A stretch of DNA of 64,000 nt. Origin: Eledone cirrhosa (taxonomy: Eukaryota). Position numbers and translations under genes: made by a program. Below are positions 1 to 12,699 of this stretch, piece by piece. The notes below the pieces were generated by a model. The model made no database searches. It saw only the letters and a program-made list of their open reading frames with translations, and was not told where the DNA came from. How positions within the stretch are numbered: the stretch's first letter is position 1; the number at the start of each line of letters is the position of its first letter. The stretch covers positions 23,374,001 to 23,438,000 of the forward strand of contig OZ024764.1 in assembly GCA_964016885.1 (NCBI GenBank), written 5' to 3'.

Positions 1-336
1 CGTGAGGCTCACACCAGCAGCTAGCCACCTCAGCACCTATGGTGGTATATTTATTATATTATTTATTCTTTACCATTAACATTAATATAAAAGATAATTA
101 TATATTTTTAGAGAAGAACCTCTAATTTTATATAGCTTAGGGCTTCAGTAGGTAAAAGTCTGGCCCTGCTTGTCTTGTATTTTTTAGGGGAGAAGTTAGG
201 GAATACGGTTATTGTGTGAAAGTTTTCTAAATCTTCAGCCACTAACATGGAGAAGATATTTCAGTAAAAAGGTTCACATCCTGACATCTATAGCTGTTAA
301 CAATGAGATTGGAATTCATTATTAAACAAATGTTAT

Positions 337-540
337 ATCATCATCACTGTTTAACAACAGTTTTTTCACGCTGGCATGGGTTAGACAAGTTATCCTGTTG
401 TAAGCAATGCCAGGTCAGGTGATCACGTGTTGCTCCTACAGAACAAATTTTGGATTGGTTTCTACAGCTGGATGCCCTTCCTAGCACCAACCTTATTTAC
501 ATTGAGTACTGGGTGCATTTTACCATCTCACCATCACGAC
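337..540 (-). mobile_element. SINE 3' portion with (TGA)n tail (other minus copies at ~4055, 7595, 22113, 59893, 61483)
   Basis: atcatcatca...cacgctggcatgggttagac...tttctacagctggatgcccttcctagcaccaacc is the reverse complement of the plus-strand copy at 59105-59377. Confidence 0.75.
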
Positions 541-1105
541 CACTTTACAGTGTGGGCTGGGTGCTTTTTGTTGTGACACCTATATGACCACTTTACAGTG
601 TGGGCTGGGTGCTTTTTGTTGTGACACCTACATGACCACTTTAAAGTTTTGACTGTGTGCTTTTTGTCGTGACACCTACATGACCACTTTATAGTGTGGA
701 CTGGGTACTTTTTGTTGTGACATCAACATGACCACTTTAAAGTTTTGGCTGGGTACTTTTTGTTGTCACCTACATGACCACTTTACAGTGTGGGCTGGGT
801 GCTTTTTGCCGTGACACCTACGCAACCATTTTACAGTGTGGGCTGGTTTCTTTTTGTCATATCACCTACATAACCGCCTTATAGTGGTGTTGGCTGTGTG
901 TTCTTTGCAGTGTGGGCTGGTTTCTTTTTGTCATATCACCTACATGACCACCTTATAATGTTGACTGTGTGTTCTTTGCAGTGTGGGCTGGTTTCTTTTT
1001 GTCATATCACCTACATGACCACTTTATAATGTTGACTGTGTTCTTTACAGTGTGGGTTGGGTGCTTTTTGTCATATCACCTACCCAACCACTTTGCAGTG
1101 TGGGC
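535..1105. repeat. 48-bp minisatellite
   Basis: Unit atgaccactttacagtgtgggctgggtgctttttgttgtgacacctac; atgacca at 584 and 632 gives the period. Confidence 0.9.
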
Positions 1106-1149
1106 AGTGAAATATCAGTAATGCACCAGCTCCAATATTCAGTAATCAG

Positions 1150-1655
1150 AAGAAGGGAGGTAGGCATAAAAGCCAAATTTGCTGTCTTCAATTAGGTTTT
1201 TGTGCCAACCCTTACCTATGGTCACATATCTTGGGTAATGACTAAAAGAATATGATTGCGAATACAAGTGGCAGATATGGGATTCCTCTGAAGGGTCTTT
1301 GAAGGAATGTTTCTCAATAAAGTGCATAGCTCTGAGATCCGAGAGTCACTCCAGGTGGAGCTGTTACTTCTCCTAATTGAGAGATCACAGCTGCAATACT
1401 ATGGCCATTTGGTTAGAATGTCTGAGGAAAGAATCACTGGATAGATTTTACAGGCAAAACTAACCAGCAGGAGACCCAGGGGTAGACCTGAGCAAGATGG
1501 TCACATAACATCCATGAGCTTGGCTGGTCTCTCTGGGAGATCCAGCCAGATCAGTTGGAGTGGGTTGCTTCTGACAGGACCTGTTGGAGGGAGTGTTTGA
1601 GGACTCTGCCCCCAAGACCCTCTCTGGAATAAGAAGAGGTTGAGGTTACATAATC
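1150..1655 (+). mobile_element. RTE-clade LINE 3' fragment, decayed (copies ~4795-5190, ~39930-40455)
   Basis: Manual translation VPTLTYGHISWVMTKRI*LRIQVADMGFL*R...IERSQLQYYGHLVRMSEER...RRPRGRP matches RTE C-terminal motifs; in-frame stops. Confidence 0.8.
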
Positions 1656-1927
1656 AACATCAGATTTCCCTGCTAGCAAGGGTTTAATGAGTCTACTTCA
1701 ACCAAGTAAGTACTGAAATGAGGCTACTGATCTCCCAGACAGACCAAGGATCTGAGACTTATTACATAAGGTCTCATTTGCTACTGAGTGCACAGAAAAG
1801 GTTGTCATGTTTTTGTCATGATTGAAGGGTTCTCCAACACTATTGTCGGGCAAGCTTTCTATGGCTAGATGTCCTTCACATGACCAACCGCATTACAGCC
1901 TGTGTTGGGTGTGTTTATCATGTAGGT

Positions 1928-3577
1928 GAGGCATAACAAACTGAGGGTTCCCCAAGGGCCACATAGGTCACATGTGTTGTCTGAGGGTTGCACAGTGCAA
2001 CTAATTATGTACACAACAACTAATTAAAGTCATTTAATAAAATTTAATATAGAAAGATTTGTTACTTAAATTTAGAAACATACAATGTCCATACAAATGT
2101 TTTAGCAGCATTCATGAATACAAAGTAATGAAGTAGTTTGATAAAAAACTAAAATTTCACATGTCAACATATACTTGCAGATTGTAACAGCAACAAATAC
2201 ATTGTACACAAATAACAACAGTTGAAAACTGAACATTTATTTGCTACTATTCAACCATTTTTAGTGTTTTGTGCTGAGGCTTCACACTTATTTCTGTTGA
2301 CAATTTTTGGTATGTCTGGCTGAAATGTCTGTACAGTTTCAACTTTAATCAGAGATGACAAGTGTTGATCTGTCAGCCTTGTTCTCCGAGAAGTTTTTGT
2401 TAAGCTAAGTACAGACTCAGTATGGGCAGTGATTTTCAGCTCTTTGCACATAAGAAAATGAATTAAATTTTCATCTGACAACGGAGACTTCCATAAGCTA
2501 AGTTTTCTAATGAAGAACTTGATGTCATCATACAACTGAGTGATGGGTTTGTTTTTACCTTGTAATTTCAAATTAAGGTCAGTTAATTGTGCAGTAATAT
2601 CCACAAATAAAGCCAGATGTTGGAGCCAACTTTCATCTTTTATTTCATCTGTGTTTTGACTTTTCATCTCCAAAAACATAATTATTTCAGCACGTTGTGA
2701 CATGTCAACCAGCAGACTTCTGTGTAGAATGGAACAACGGTGAATTGATTATCCATATCTTCCAACAACTGGCTGAACTGACGGTGGTTGAGAGCATGGC
2801 CTCTGATTTAGTTCACTGTCTTTGTGACCAAGCTAAGCACATGATGCAATTTTAAAATCTTTGAACATAAATTTTGCTTATGAATAATACAGTGAAAATG
2901 TGCAAATGATGAATCTAGATATGAGTTTTCTATTTTTGTTTGTAACTTGGCAGCAACACCATTATGTCTACCAACCATATTTGCAGCACTGTCAGTAGAT
3001 AAACATGCAAGTTTACTCAGATCAAAACGATGCAGACCCTGCTTGACCTTCTCAAAGATGTCCTGGCTTGTTATAGTGTCATGCATGGGGACCTGTTCAA
3101 TCAGTTCTTCATAAATATTAAATTCACTGTCACAGGCCCTGATGAAGAATGCAAGCTGTACTATTCCAGTGATGTCAACAGTCTCTTCAATAGCAATAGA
3201 AACATGTTCAAACCTTGATGATACAGCCTTTAACTGTTGTTTCAGATCACCTGACATTTCATTAATCTGTTCAGCAACAGTGTTCCTGGTTAATGAAATG
3301 TCTTTGAATAACTCTGCTTTCTCCGGACAGTTTCAGCTGTTTTTACAAGACATTGCTTTACAAAATCTCCTTCACTGTAAGATTTCCCACTCATGGCAAT
3401 CATTCAACTGAGTTCATAGCTTGCAGTAACAGAAGTGACATTCTCTTCCTGAATTAACATAAAACAGGTCTGTTGCTGTGTCAAGTTAGACTTCAATTCC
3501 TTGAGTCTTGAAACACACATTGGGGCTTCATATTTCTCGTAAGATCGAGGGTTTGTTTCATAATGTCTTTTTAAATT
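1928..3577 (-). mobile_element. hAT (Buster/SPIN, GTF2IRD2-like) transposon, 5'-truncated and internally deleted
   Basis: ORFs 2808-3257 (SIAIEETVDIT...QLAFFIR; STDSAANMVG; HCIIH) and 2251-2703; homologous to the full element at 40712-43056. Confidence 0.9.
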
Positions 3578-4254
3578 TAAAAATTATTTTTAAATAACTT
3601 AAAAGATAATTTTAAGGCAACGTGACCCAACAGGTCCCGGGTGGTCTAGTTTGTTACTAAATACTAGATATTAGAGGGTCATGTTCTAGATGTGCTGGAA
3701 GAGCTATTCCATCTCGTGAGGCTCACACCAGCAGCTAGCCACCTCAGCACCTATGGTGGTATATTTATTATATTATTTATTCTTTATCATTAACATTAAT
3801 ATAAAAGATAATTATATATTTTTAGAGAAGAACCTCTAACTTCATATAGCTTAGGGCTTCAGTAGGTAAAAGTCTGGCCCTGCTTATCTTGTATTTTTTA
3901 GGGGAGAAGTTAGGAAATACGGTTATTGTGAGAAAGTTTTCTAAATCTTCTTCAGCCACTAACATGGAGAAGATATTTCAGTAAGAAGGTTCACATCCTG
4001 ACATCTATAGCTGTTAACAAGGAGATTGGAATTCATTATTAAACAAATGTTATATCATCATCACTGTTTAACAACAGTTTTTTCACGCTGGCATGGGTTA
4101 GACGAGTTATCCTGTTGTAAGCAAGGCCACATCAGGTGACCATGTCTGGCTCCTACAGAACAAATTTTGGATTGGTTTCTACAGCTGGATGCCCTTCCTA
4201 GCACCAACCTTATTTACATTGAGTACTGGGTGCATTTTACCATCTCACCATCAC

Positions 4255-4750
4255 GACTATTTTATACTGTGAGCTGGGTGCTTTTTGTTGTGACACCTAC
4301 ATGACCACTTTCCAGTGTGGGCTGGGTGCTTTTTGTTGTGACACCAACATGACCACTTTACAGTTTTGACTGGGTGCTTTTTGTCGTGACACCTACATGA
4401 CCACTTTATAGTGTGGACTGGGTACTTTTTGTTGTGACACCAACATGACCACTTTAAAGTTTTGGCTGGGTTCTTTTTGTTGTCACCTACATGACCACTT
4501 TACAGTGTGGGCTGGGTGCTTTTTGCCGTGACACCTACGAAACCGATTTACAGTGTGGGCTGGTTTCTTTTGGTCATATCACCTACATGACCGCCTTATA
4601 GTGTTGGCTGTGTGTTCTTTGCAGTGTGGGCTGGTTTCTTTTTGTCATATCACCTACATGACGACCTTATAATGTTGACTGTGTGTTCTTTACAGTGTGG
4701 GTTGGGTGCTTTTTGTCATATATCCTACCCAACCACTTTGCAGTGTGGGC
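4255..4750. repeat. 48-bp minisatellite
   Basis: Same unit as 535-1105. Confidence 0.9.
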
Positions 4751-5462
4751 AGTGAAATATCAGTACTGCACCAGTTCCAATATTCAGTAATCAGAAGAAG
4801 GGAGGTAGGGATAAAAGCCAAACTTGGTGTCTTCAATTAGGTTTTTGTGCCAGCCCTTACCTATGGTCACATATCTTGGGTAATGACCAAAAGAATATGA
4901 TTGCGAATACAAGTGGCAGATATGGGATTCGTCTGAAGGGTCTTTGAAGGAACGAATCACTGGATAGATTTTACAGGCAAAACTAACCAGCAAGGAGACC
5001 CAGGAGTACAATGGAGCAAGATGGTCACATAGCATCCATGAGCTTGGCTGGTCTCTCTGGGAGATCCAGCCAGATCAGTTGGAGTGGGTTGCTTCTGACA
5101 GGACCTGTTGAAGGGAGTGTTTGAGGACTCTGCCCCCAAGACCCTCTCTGGAATGTGGGTTAATAAGAAGAGGTTGAGGTTACATCATCAACATCAGATT
5201 TCCCTGCTAGCAAGGGTTTAATGAGTCTACTTCAACCAAGTAAGTACTGAAGTGAGGCTACTGATCTCCCAGACAGACCAAGGATCTGAGACTTATTTAC
5301 ATAAGGTCTCATTTGCTACTGAGTGCACAGAAAAGGTTGTCATGTCTTTGTCATGATTGAAGGGTTCTCCGACACTATTGTCGGGCAAGCTTTCTATGGC
5401 TAGATGTCCTTCACATGACCAACCACATTACAGCCTGTGTTGGGTGTGTTTATCATGTAGGT

Positions 5463-7120
5463 GAGACATAACAAACTGAGGGTTCCCCAAGGTCCACATA
5501 GGTCACATGTGTTGTCTGAGGGTTGCACACTACAACTAATTATGTACATTACAACTAATTAAAGTCATTTAATAAAATATATTGCAGAAAGATTTGTTAC
5601 TTAAATTTAGAAACATACAATGTACATACAAATGTTTTAGCAGCATTCATGAATACAAAGTAATGACAAAAAAATAAAATTTCACATGTCAACATATACT
5701 TGCAGATTGTAACAGCAACAAATACATTGTACACAAATAACAACAGTTGAAAACTGAACATTTATTTGCTACTATTCAACCATTTTTAGTGTTTTGTCCT
5801 GAGGCTTGACACTTCTTTCTGTTGACAATTTTTGGTATATCTGGCTGAAATGTCTGTACAGTTCCAACTTTAATCAGAGATGACAAGTGTTGATCTGTCA
5901 GCCTTGTTCTCTGAGAAGTTTTTGTTAAGCAAAGTACAGACTCAGTATGGGCAGTGATTTTCAGCTCTTTGCACATAAGAAAATGAATTAAATTTTCATC
6001 TGACAACGGAGACTTCCATAAGCTAAGTTTTTTAATGAAGAACTTGATGTCATCTTACAACTGAGTGATGGGTTTGTTTTTACCTTGTAATTTCAAATTA
6101 AGATCAGTTAATTGTGCAGTAATATCCACAAATAAAGCCAGATGTTGGAGCCAACTTTTATCTTTTATTTCATCTGTGTTTTGACCTTTCATCTCCAAAA
6201 ACATAATTATTTCAACAAATAGAATCTTTTCACCACTTTGTGACATGTCAACCAGCAGACTTCTGTGTAGAATGGAACATCGGTGAACTGATTATCCATA
6301 TCTTCCAACAACTGGCTGAACTGACGGTGGTTGAGAGCACGGCCTCTGATTTAGTTCACTGTCTTTGTGACCAAGCTAAGCACATGATGCAATTTTAAAA
6401 TCATTGAACATAAATTTTGCTTATGAATAATACAGTGAAAATGTGCAAATGATGAATCTAGATATGAGTTTTATATCTTTGTTTGTAACTTGGCAGCAAC
6501 ACCATTATGTCTACCAACCATATTTGCAGCACTGTCAGTAGATAAACATGCAAGTTTACTCAGATCAAAACGATGCAGACCCTGCTTGACCTTCTCAAAG
6601 ATGTCCTGGCTTGTTATAGTGTCATGCATGGGGACCAGTTCAATCAGTTCTTCATAAATATTAAATTCACTGTCACAGGCCCTGATGAAGAATGCAAGCT
6701 GTACTATTCCAGTGATGTCAACAGTCTCTTCAATAGCAATAGAAACATGTTCAAACCTTGATGATACAGCCTTTAACTGTTGTTTCAGATCACCTGACAT
6801 TTCATTAATCTGTTCAGCAACAGTGTTCCTGGTTAATGAAATGTCTTTGAATAACGCTGCTTTCTCCGGACAGTTTCAGCTGTTTTTACAAGACATTGCT
6901 TTACAAAATCTCCTTTACTGTAAGATTTCCCACTCATGGCAATTATTCAACTGAGTTCATAGCTTGCAGTAACGGAAGTGACATCCTCTTCCTGAATTAA
7001 CATAAAACAGGTCTGTTGCTGTGTCAAGTTAGACTTCAATTCCTTGAGTCTTGAAACACACATTGGGCCTTCATATTTATCGTAAGATCGATGGTTTGTT
7101 TCATAATGTCTTTTTAAATT
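5463..7120 (-). mobile_element. hAT transposon relic, second tandem copy
   Basis: ORFs 5776-6006, 6055-6246 and 6471-6800; same truncation point as 1928-3577. Confidence 0.9.
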
Positions 7121-7896
7121 TAAAAATTATTTTTAAATAACTTAAAAGATAATTTTAAGGCAACGTGACCCAACAGGTCTCGGGTGGTCTAGTTTGTTAC
7201 TAAATACTAGATATTAGAGGGTCTTGTTCTAGATGTGCTGGAAGAGCTATTCCATCTCGTGAGGCTCACACCAGCAGCTAGCCACCTCAGCACCTATGGT
7301 GGTATATTTATTATATTATTTATTCTTTATCATTAACATTAATATAAAAGATAATTATATATTTTTAGAGAAGAACCTCTAACTTGATATAGCTTAGGGC
7401 TTCAGTAGGTAAAAGTCTGGCCCTGCTTGTCTTGTATTTTTTAGGGGAGAAGTTAGGGAATACGGTTATTGTGTGAAAGTTTTCTTAATCTTCTTCAGCC
7501 ACTAACATGGAGAAGATATTTCAGTAAGAAGGTTCACATCCTGACATCTATAGCTGTTAACAATGAGATTGGAATTCATTATTAAACAAATGTTATATCA
7601 TCATCACTGTTTTACATCAGTTTTTCCACGCTGGCATGGGTTAGACGAGTTATCCTGTTATAAGCAATGCCAGGTCAGGTGACCATGTATGGCTCCTACA
7701 GAACAAATTTTGGTTTTGTTTCTACAGCTGGATGCCCTTCCTAGCACCAACCTTATTTACATTGAGTACTGGGTGCTTTTTGCCATGGCACCTACATGAC
7801 CACTTTACAGCATTAAGAAATCAGAAGATCGCTGTTTTCTATAATTTTATAATATACATATACACAAACATACAAACACACTCATATATATATATA

Positions 7897-9914
7897 CAGT
7901 GGTACCTTGACTTACGAGTGTCCCAAGTAAAGAGTTTTCGAGATACGAGCCGTCCCTCGGCTGATTTTTTGCGTTTTGTTCCAGTTCTCGTTGGCATAGC
8001 GACCGCCACAGGGAATACCATAACACCCGTCCAGCATCCCATGGCTTCGAAGAAAGTGAGGGCGAAGGACAGTTCTGAGAAGAAGAAGCAGATGATGTGT
8101 ATTGAATTAAAGAAAGAAATTATAGAAAAACATGACCAAGGTGTGTGTAGTGGACTTGGTGAAGTAGTACGAGCGTAGCACTTCTACGATATGTACCATA
8201 CTGAAGAAGAAGGACTTGATAAAGGCTATAACCCCAGCTAAGGGTGGTAAAATAATTTCTAAACAGCGGACATCTATCCATGAAAATGTGGAAAAGCTGC
8301 TGATGTGTGGTTGACGGAGAAGCAGGTCGCAAGAGATACCGTGATGAAGATTATAATATGTGAGAAGGCACGAGCTATTTAAGTTGATTTGCTGCAGCAG
8401 ACCCCAGGCACTTCTACGGACAAGCCAGCCATCGGCAAGCCCTTTAATGCCAGTCGGGGTTGGTTTGAGAATTTTAAAAAGAGGACCGGCATTCACTCCG
8501 TTGTCAGGCATGGTGAGGCAGCGAGCGCGGATATGAAGGCAGCTGAGGATTACCTCAAAACCTTTGCCGGAATTATAGCAGCCGAAGGATACATCCCTCA
8601 GCAAGTCTTTAACTGTGATGAAACAGGACTTTTTTGGAAGAAGATGCCAAGGAGGACTTATATAATGGCAGAGGAGAAGAGGATGCCTGGCCACAAACCC
8701 ATGAAGGATACGTTAACCCTCGCACTGTGCCAATGCGAGCGGTGACTGTAAGATTAAGCCGCTGCTCGTTTATCATTCGGAAAACTTTAAGTCGCATAAG
8801 ATTCTGAAAGAAAAATTGCAGGTTATGTGGAGGGCAAACCCGAGGGCATGGGTCACCAGGTAGTTCTTTGTGGAGTGGGTGAATTTGGTCTTTGGTCCTG
8901 ACGTTAAAAAATATCTCCAGGAAAATAACCTACCCCTGTAAACCCTTCTTGTCCTAGACAGTGCAACCGCTCATCCACCTAACCTCGAAGAGTTCAAGTT
9001 TATAAAGGTCCTCTACCTTTCACCAAACACCACCCCTAACCTACAGACCAAGGACCAGCAGGTACTTTCTAATTTCAAGAAGCTCTTCACCAAGCACCTG
9101 TTCAGTCGCTGCTTTGAAGTGACGGAGAGCACAAACTTCACCCTTGAGAGGTCTGGAAGGACCATTATAACATCGTGATATGCCTCAGAATTATCGATAT
9201 GACCTGGCAGGGTCTTACAAAGAGAACCTTGACCTCTACATGGAAGAAGCTGTGGCCTGAAGTTGTGTCTAAAACAGACTTTGAAAGACTCGAACCCGAA
9301 GCGGCAGTGGTGGAGGAGATTGTACCCCTCGGTAACTCCATGGGCCTGGACATGGATGAAGGTGACATCAACAAGCTCATCAAGGAGCACTCTGAGGAAA
9401 TGACAACGAAGGAATTAAAGGAGCTACAGACACAGCAATACACGGAGTTTTTGCAGGAAATAGGTGACACAGAGGAGGTTATCTCAACAAGTGAGATGAA
9501 ACAAACCTCATTAGACAGGTTTTTATTGAAAATCCCTGCAGATAAAAGTGAGGAAAGCGTGGCGAAAAGGGCAAAAATCAGCGAATAAGATTCAGTTATT
9601 CAGTTCATCCTTTCTCCTCCGTCAACATCCTCAAGTCGTCTGATCTCCAAGATAGATGCTGTACATTATACTTAATAAAACCAGTTTATTGTAGTACATT
9701 CTATTGTATTGTTTTTATATACAATATTTGTCATTTATAAGTACATTTTCTTATTTAAAAACACGTAACAAAACAAACTGTGGTTTTTTGGGGGGTCTGG
9801 AACGGATTAACGGCATTTTATTTTATTTCAGTGGGGAAAATTGATTTGACATACGAGTAATTTAAGTTACGAGGTCCTCCACGGAACAAATTAAACTCGT
9901 AAGTGAAGGTATCA

Positions 9915-9917
<3 letters not shown>
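7897..9917 (+). mobile_element. Tigger/pogo (TIGD1-like) DNA transposon with pseudogenised transposase
   Basis: TIRs cagtggtaccttgacttacgag / ctcgtaagtgaaggtatcacag flanked by TA; fragments IELKKEIIEKHD, ASRGWFENFKKR, QVFNCDETGLFWKKMP; stops and frameshifts. Confidence 0.93.
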
Positions 9918-9946
<29 letters not shown>

Positions 9947-9949
9947 GAA

Positions 9950-10118
9950 GAAACGATCGACTTTCGTCAAATCGGACCGAGGAAGCAATGTTTTCATTGG
10001 TCTTTCCAATTGCTAGTACTATCGGTCGCAACTCCAGGTAGAAGGAACAACGTGAAATAAAGTGTCTTGCTCAAGGTCATAACGCATCGCCTGGTCCAGG
10101 AATCGAACTTACAACCTC
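9950..10118 (-). mobile_element. tRNA-derived SINE, 5'-truncated (also 25214-25380)
   Basis: Reverse complement carries B-box gttcgattcc and ccttgagcaagacact; homologous to 43868-44078. Confidence 0.75.
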
Positions 10119-11039
10119 AAGATATATATATATATATATATATATAAATGAAGAATATAGAAATTATTGTAGCAAAAAGCCAACAGTATTCCATTATATA
10201 TATGTATATATGTATATATAGTATAAAAGAGAAAACACAGGTAAGCATTAAGAGAAGGATTTTATCCAGGTATTTACGACCGTTTCATTGGTAAGTGCAA
10301 CCTTATATTTCTATCCTGCAAATAACAGCCACTCAATTATAATTGTTGTTCACAGTCCAAATTTTCAAAATAGTAAGTTACTCTTGAAATAATTCTTAAT
10401 ATATAGAGAAAAACATTTATTTGGAATTGTATTTACTAGTATAGAGAGAGAGGAATCAGAAGGTGAGGGGACAGACGGAATAGTATAGAGAGAGAGGAAG
10501 GGGGAAGAGGTAGGAAGTAGAGTGACAAACTGAGATGGAGGGAGGGGTAGAGGTGGCAGGATTCTTTGGTCAGTTTTGACAGCAGACTTCATGTCGTGGA
10601 ATGTAGTGAGTTAAAGAGAATTAAATTGATCATTTTTGGAGGGATGGATATATATATATATAGTTAAATATTAGACAGGAACAAAAAACAGGCAGTGCAA
10701 ATGGTAGTTTATACCGAGAGAGAGACAGACAAACACATCTATACCCCTACTACAGTAAAACAAAACATATGTAAGGGGAGACAACTCTCGTTACATCTCC
10801 CCTTCTTTTTGACATACGTCCTTTACATACTTTGTTCAATGGAATCTGCTTTGTTTTGTGTCCTAAGTAGATTTCTGTTTAAGTATTTACGAGATTCACA
10901 ATGATTCACGTAACCAAGTTACTTACATAGAAATATATTTCACATAGAATCACAACAAATGAAAATATTAAGTCAACACTCTGTCAATCAGTCTCACGTC
11001 ACATGGGGTGCCGGAGTCTCCCTCTAATACTTTCTGAGA

Positions 11040-11200
11040 CAGTCTTACCACGAGTGATAGCAAGGCTAAGATGTTGGAACTACCAAACACCCTCATATGT
11101 ATCACCTGACACCTCGGTAAGGAGAGCTGCCAACGATAACAAGAACCTCGTTGTCAGGGACCTATCTCCTCCAAACTTCTCCAACACCACAGACTAGAAT
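11040..11200 (-). mobile_element. Fragment of CRE-type RLE retroelement 3' coding end (also ~26290-26450, ~44405-44565)
   Basis: Reverse complement aligns by eye with 14095-14245 (gaagtttggaggag...tgacaacgaggttc...gttccaacatcttagccttgctatcac). Confidence 0.6.
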
Positions 11201-11498
11201 ATTCTACTCTTTATTCCCTATTAAATATATTTCAGTCTAGTCATTTGTCTTGTATCTTGTATATGTATTTTCAAAACTGACTGTCACATTTGTGAGACCC
11301 CAGTTAGTGATGTTTTTGTCTCCCTCCCACATCCTACATGCTGTAGTAAAAGTGAGTGTCACTGCTTCTGTAGACGAACGAAATAAAAGCGTACTAAATA
11401 AAAGAGTACTAAGCTGTCCTATTTTAATTACATTTACTGATTTCAACTTTCATTTTCTTTATTACAAACTTTTCATAATTTAATTCGGTAAAAATATT

Positions 11499-11643
11499 TT
11501 ACGTCACAAAAAAACTTGACCTTTGACATTGAAGCATGCGCAGTGGTGCAGTTGTCGACTTCCTGTCCACGTGTTAGTCTTCCTACAACAACATTTAGAA
11601 AACATTTCTGTAAATACTAAACACCTGAGACTATAATGTAAGT
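11499..11643 (+). promoter_or_regulatory. Putative promoter and short non-coding first exon of ZNF gene 1
   Basis: TTACGTCA (CRE/ATF-like, 11499), GCATGCGCA (NRF1-like, 11534), ACTTCCTG (ETS, 11558), CACGTG (E-box, 11568), then donor aat|GTAAGT at 11638; conserved in all three cassettes. Confidence 0.6.
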
Positions 11644-12699
11644 ATTATGTCTATTAATATTGTAGATTTAAGCTCACTTTTCACATCACAAATATATATT
11701 TTCTTGTTTGTTTCATTACTGGAAATATAAAATGTTATCGTAATTATCTATATTTTACCTACCTCTAATTAATTAAAGTGAAAACTTTTGTTGTTGCTGA
11801 AAAATAAATTAACAAAACTAAATATTTAAATATTCTAAAGGTCGTTTTTATATTATGTGATGATATAATTAATATATTTTATTACAATTGTATAAATTTA
11901 CAGTAGAATAACGTTGTAAATATGTTTTAAATATATACATAAATAACGTGTGTAAATAACATTATAAATTGCTGGCAATTCCTTGAGAAAGACATTACAA
12001 ATATATTGTCTAAACTGTGTATAATAATATAATTTATTGAACAATAATGATAAAGGAAAGAAAAACACAGTGGGAGATGGCAATTAACCACCAAACGAGG
12101 TAAACATTTTCAACTTTCCCCTTTTTTTTGCTTTGTCCGAGACAACTCAAAATATTCTTCAAGGAACTGGATTTTCCATTCGGTTGGATCGAACGGATTT
12201 TACCATTTATAATCTACGGAGAGGAATAACAGATGTTCGGAGGAAAAAAGAATTGTTTGTGGCAACAACGTAGGGAACCAACCTGGAGCAATTGTATCAC
12301 ACAATTATACTTTCCTCCTTAACATACACTTACAATTTTTCAAAATCAAACCCCCCAAATATAAAATATAAATAATTATAAATGGCGAGGAACCATCCCA
12401 TCTCCCTCTTGAAATAACCTGAATCTATTTATAGTCAGGTGTGACTGAAAGGTCAATCCATACTTCCATTCTATTTCACAGAATTAGAAGTTTTGACCAC
12501 TTGATAGAATTCAGGTCCAGTAATGTAATCACTCCGTAATTGTAAACATCTTGTATCACTATCATTCAGGTTTTGATTTTACTTAAGTCTTGACAATGTT
12601 TTTTTTTTTTTTCTTTTTTTTTACACAAACTCACAATTTCGGTTTTTACTGCGGATTTACCCATGCGAACTATTACACAAACTCACAGCCTTAGACTTT

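Larger units (their letters stand above)
1..7810. repeat. Tandem duplication of a ~3.5-3.7 kb unit (two full copies plus a partial third)
   Basis: cgtgaggctcacaccagcagctagccacc recurs at 1, 3715 and 7258, with collinear downstream sequence (SINE, 48-bp array, RTE relic, hAT relic). Confidence 0.95.

Noticed and set aside
10216-10645. Penelope-like terminal repeat with a hammerhead ribozyme (reverse strand gaaacggtcgtaaa)
   Set aside because: Only a vague resemblance; no CTGANGA core could be found, so it is not called
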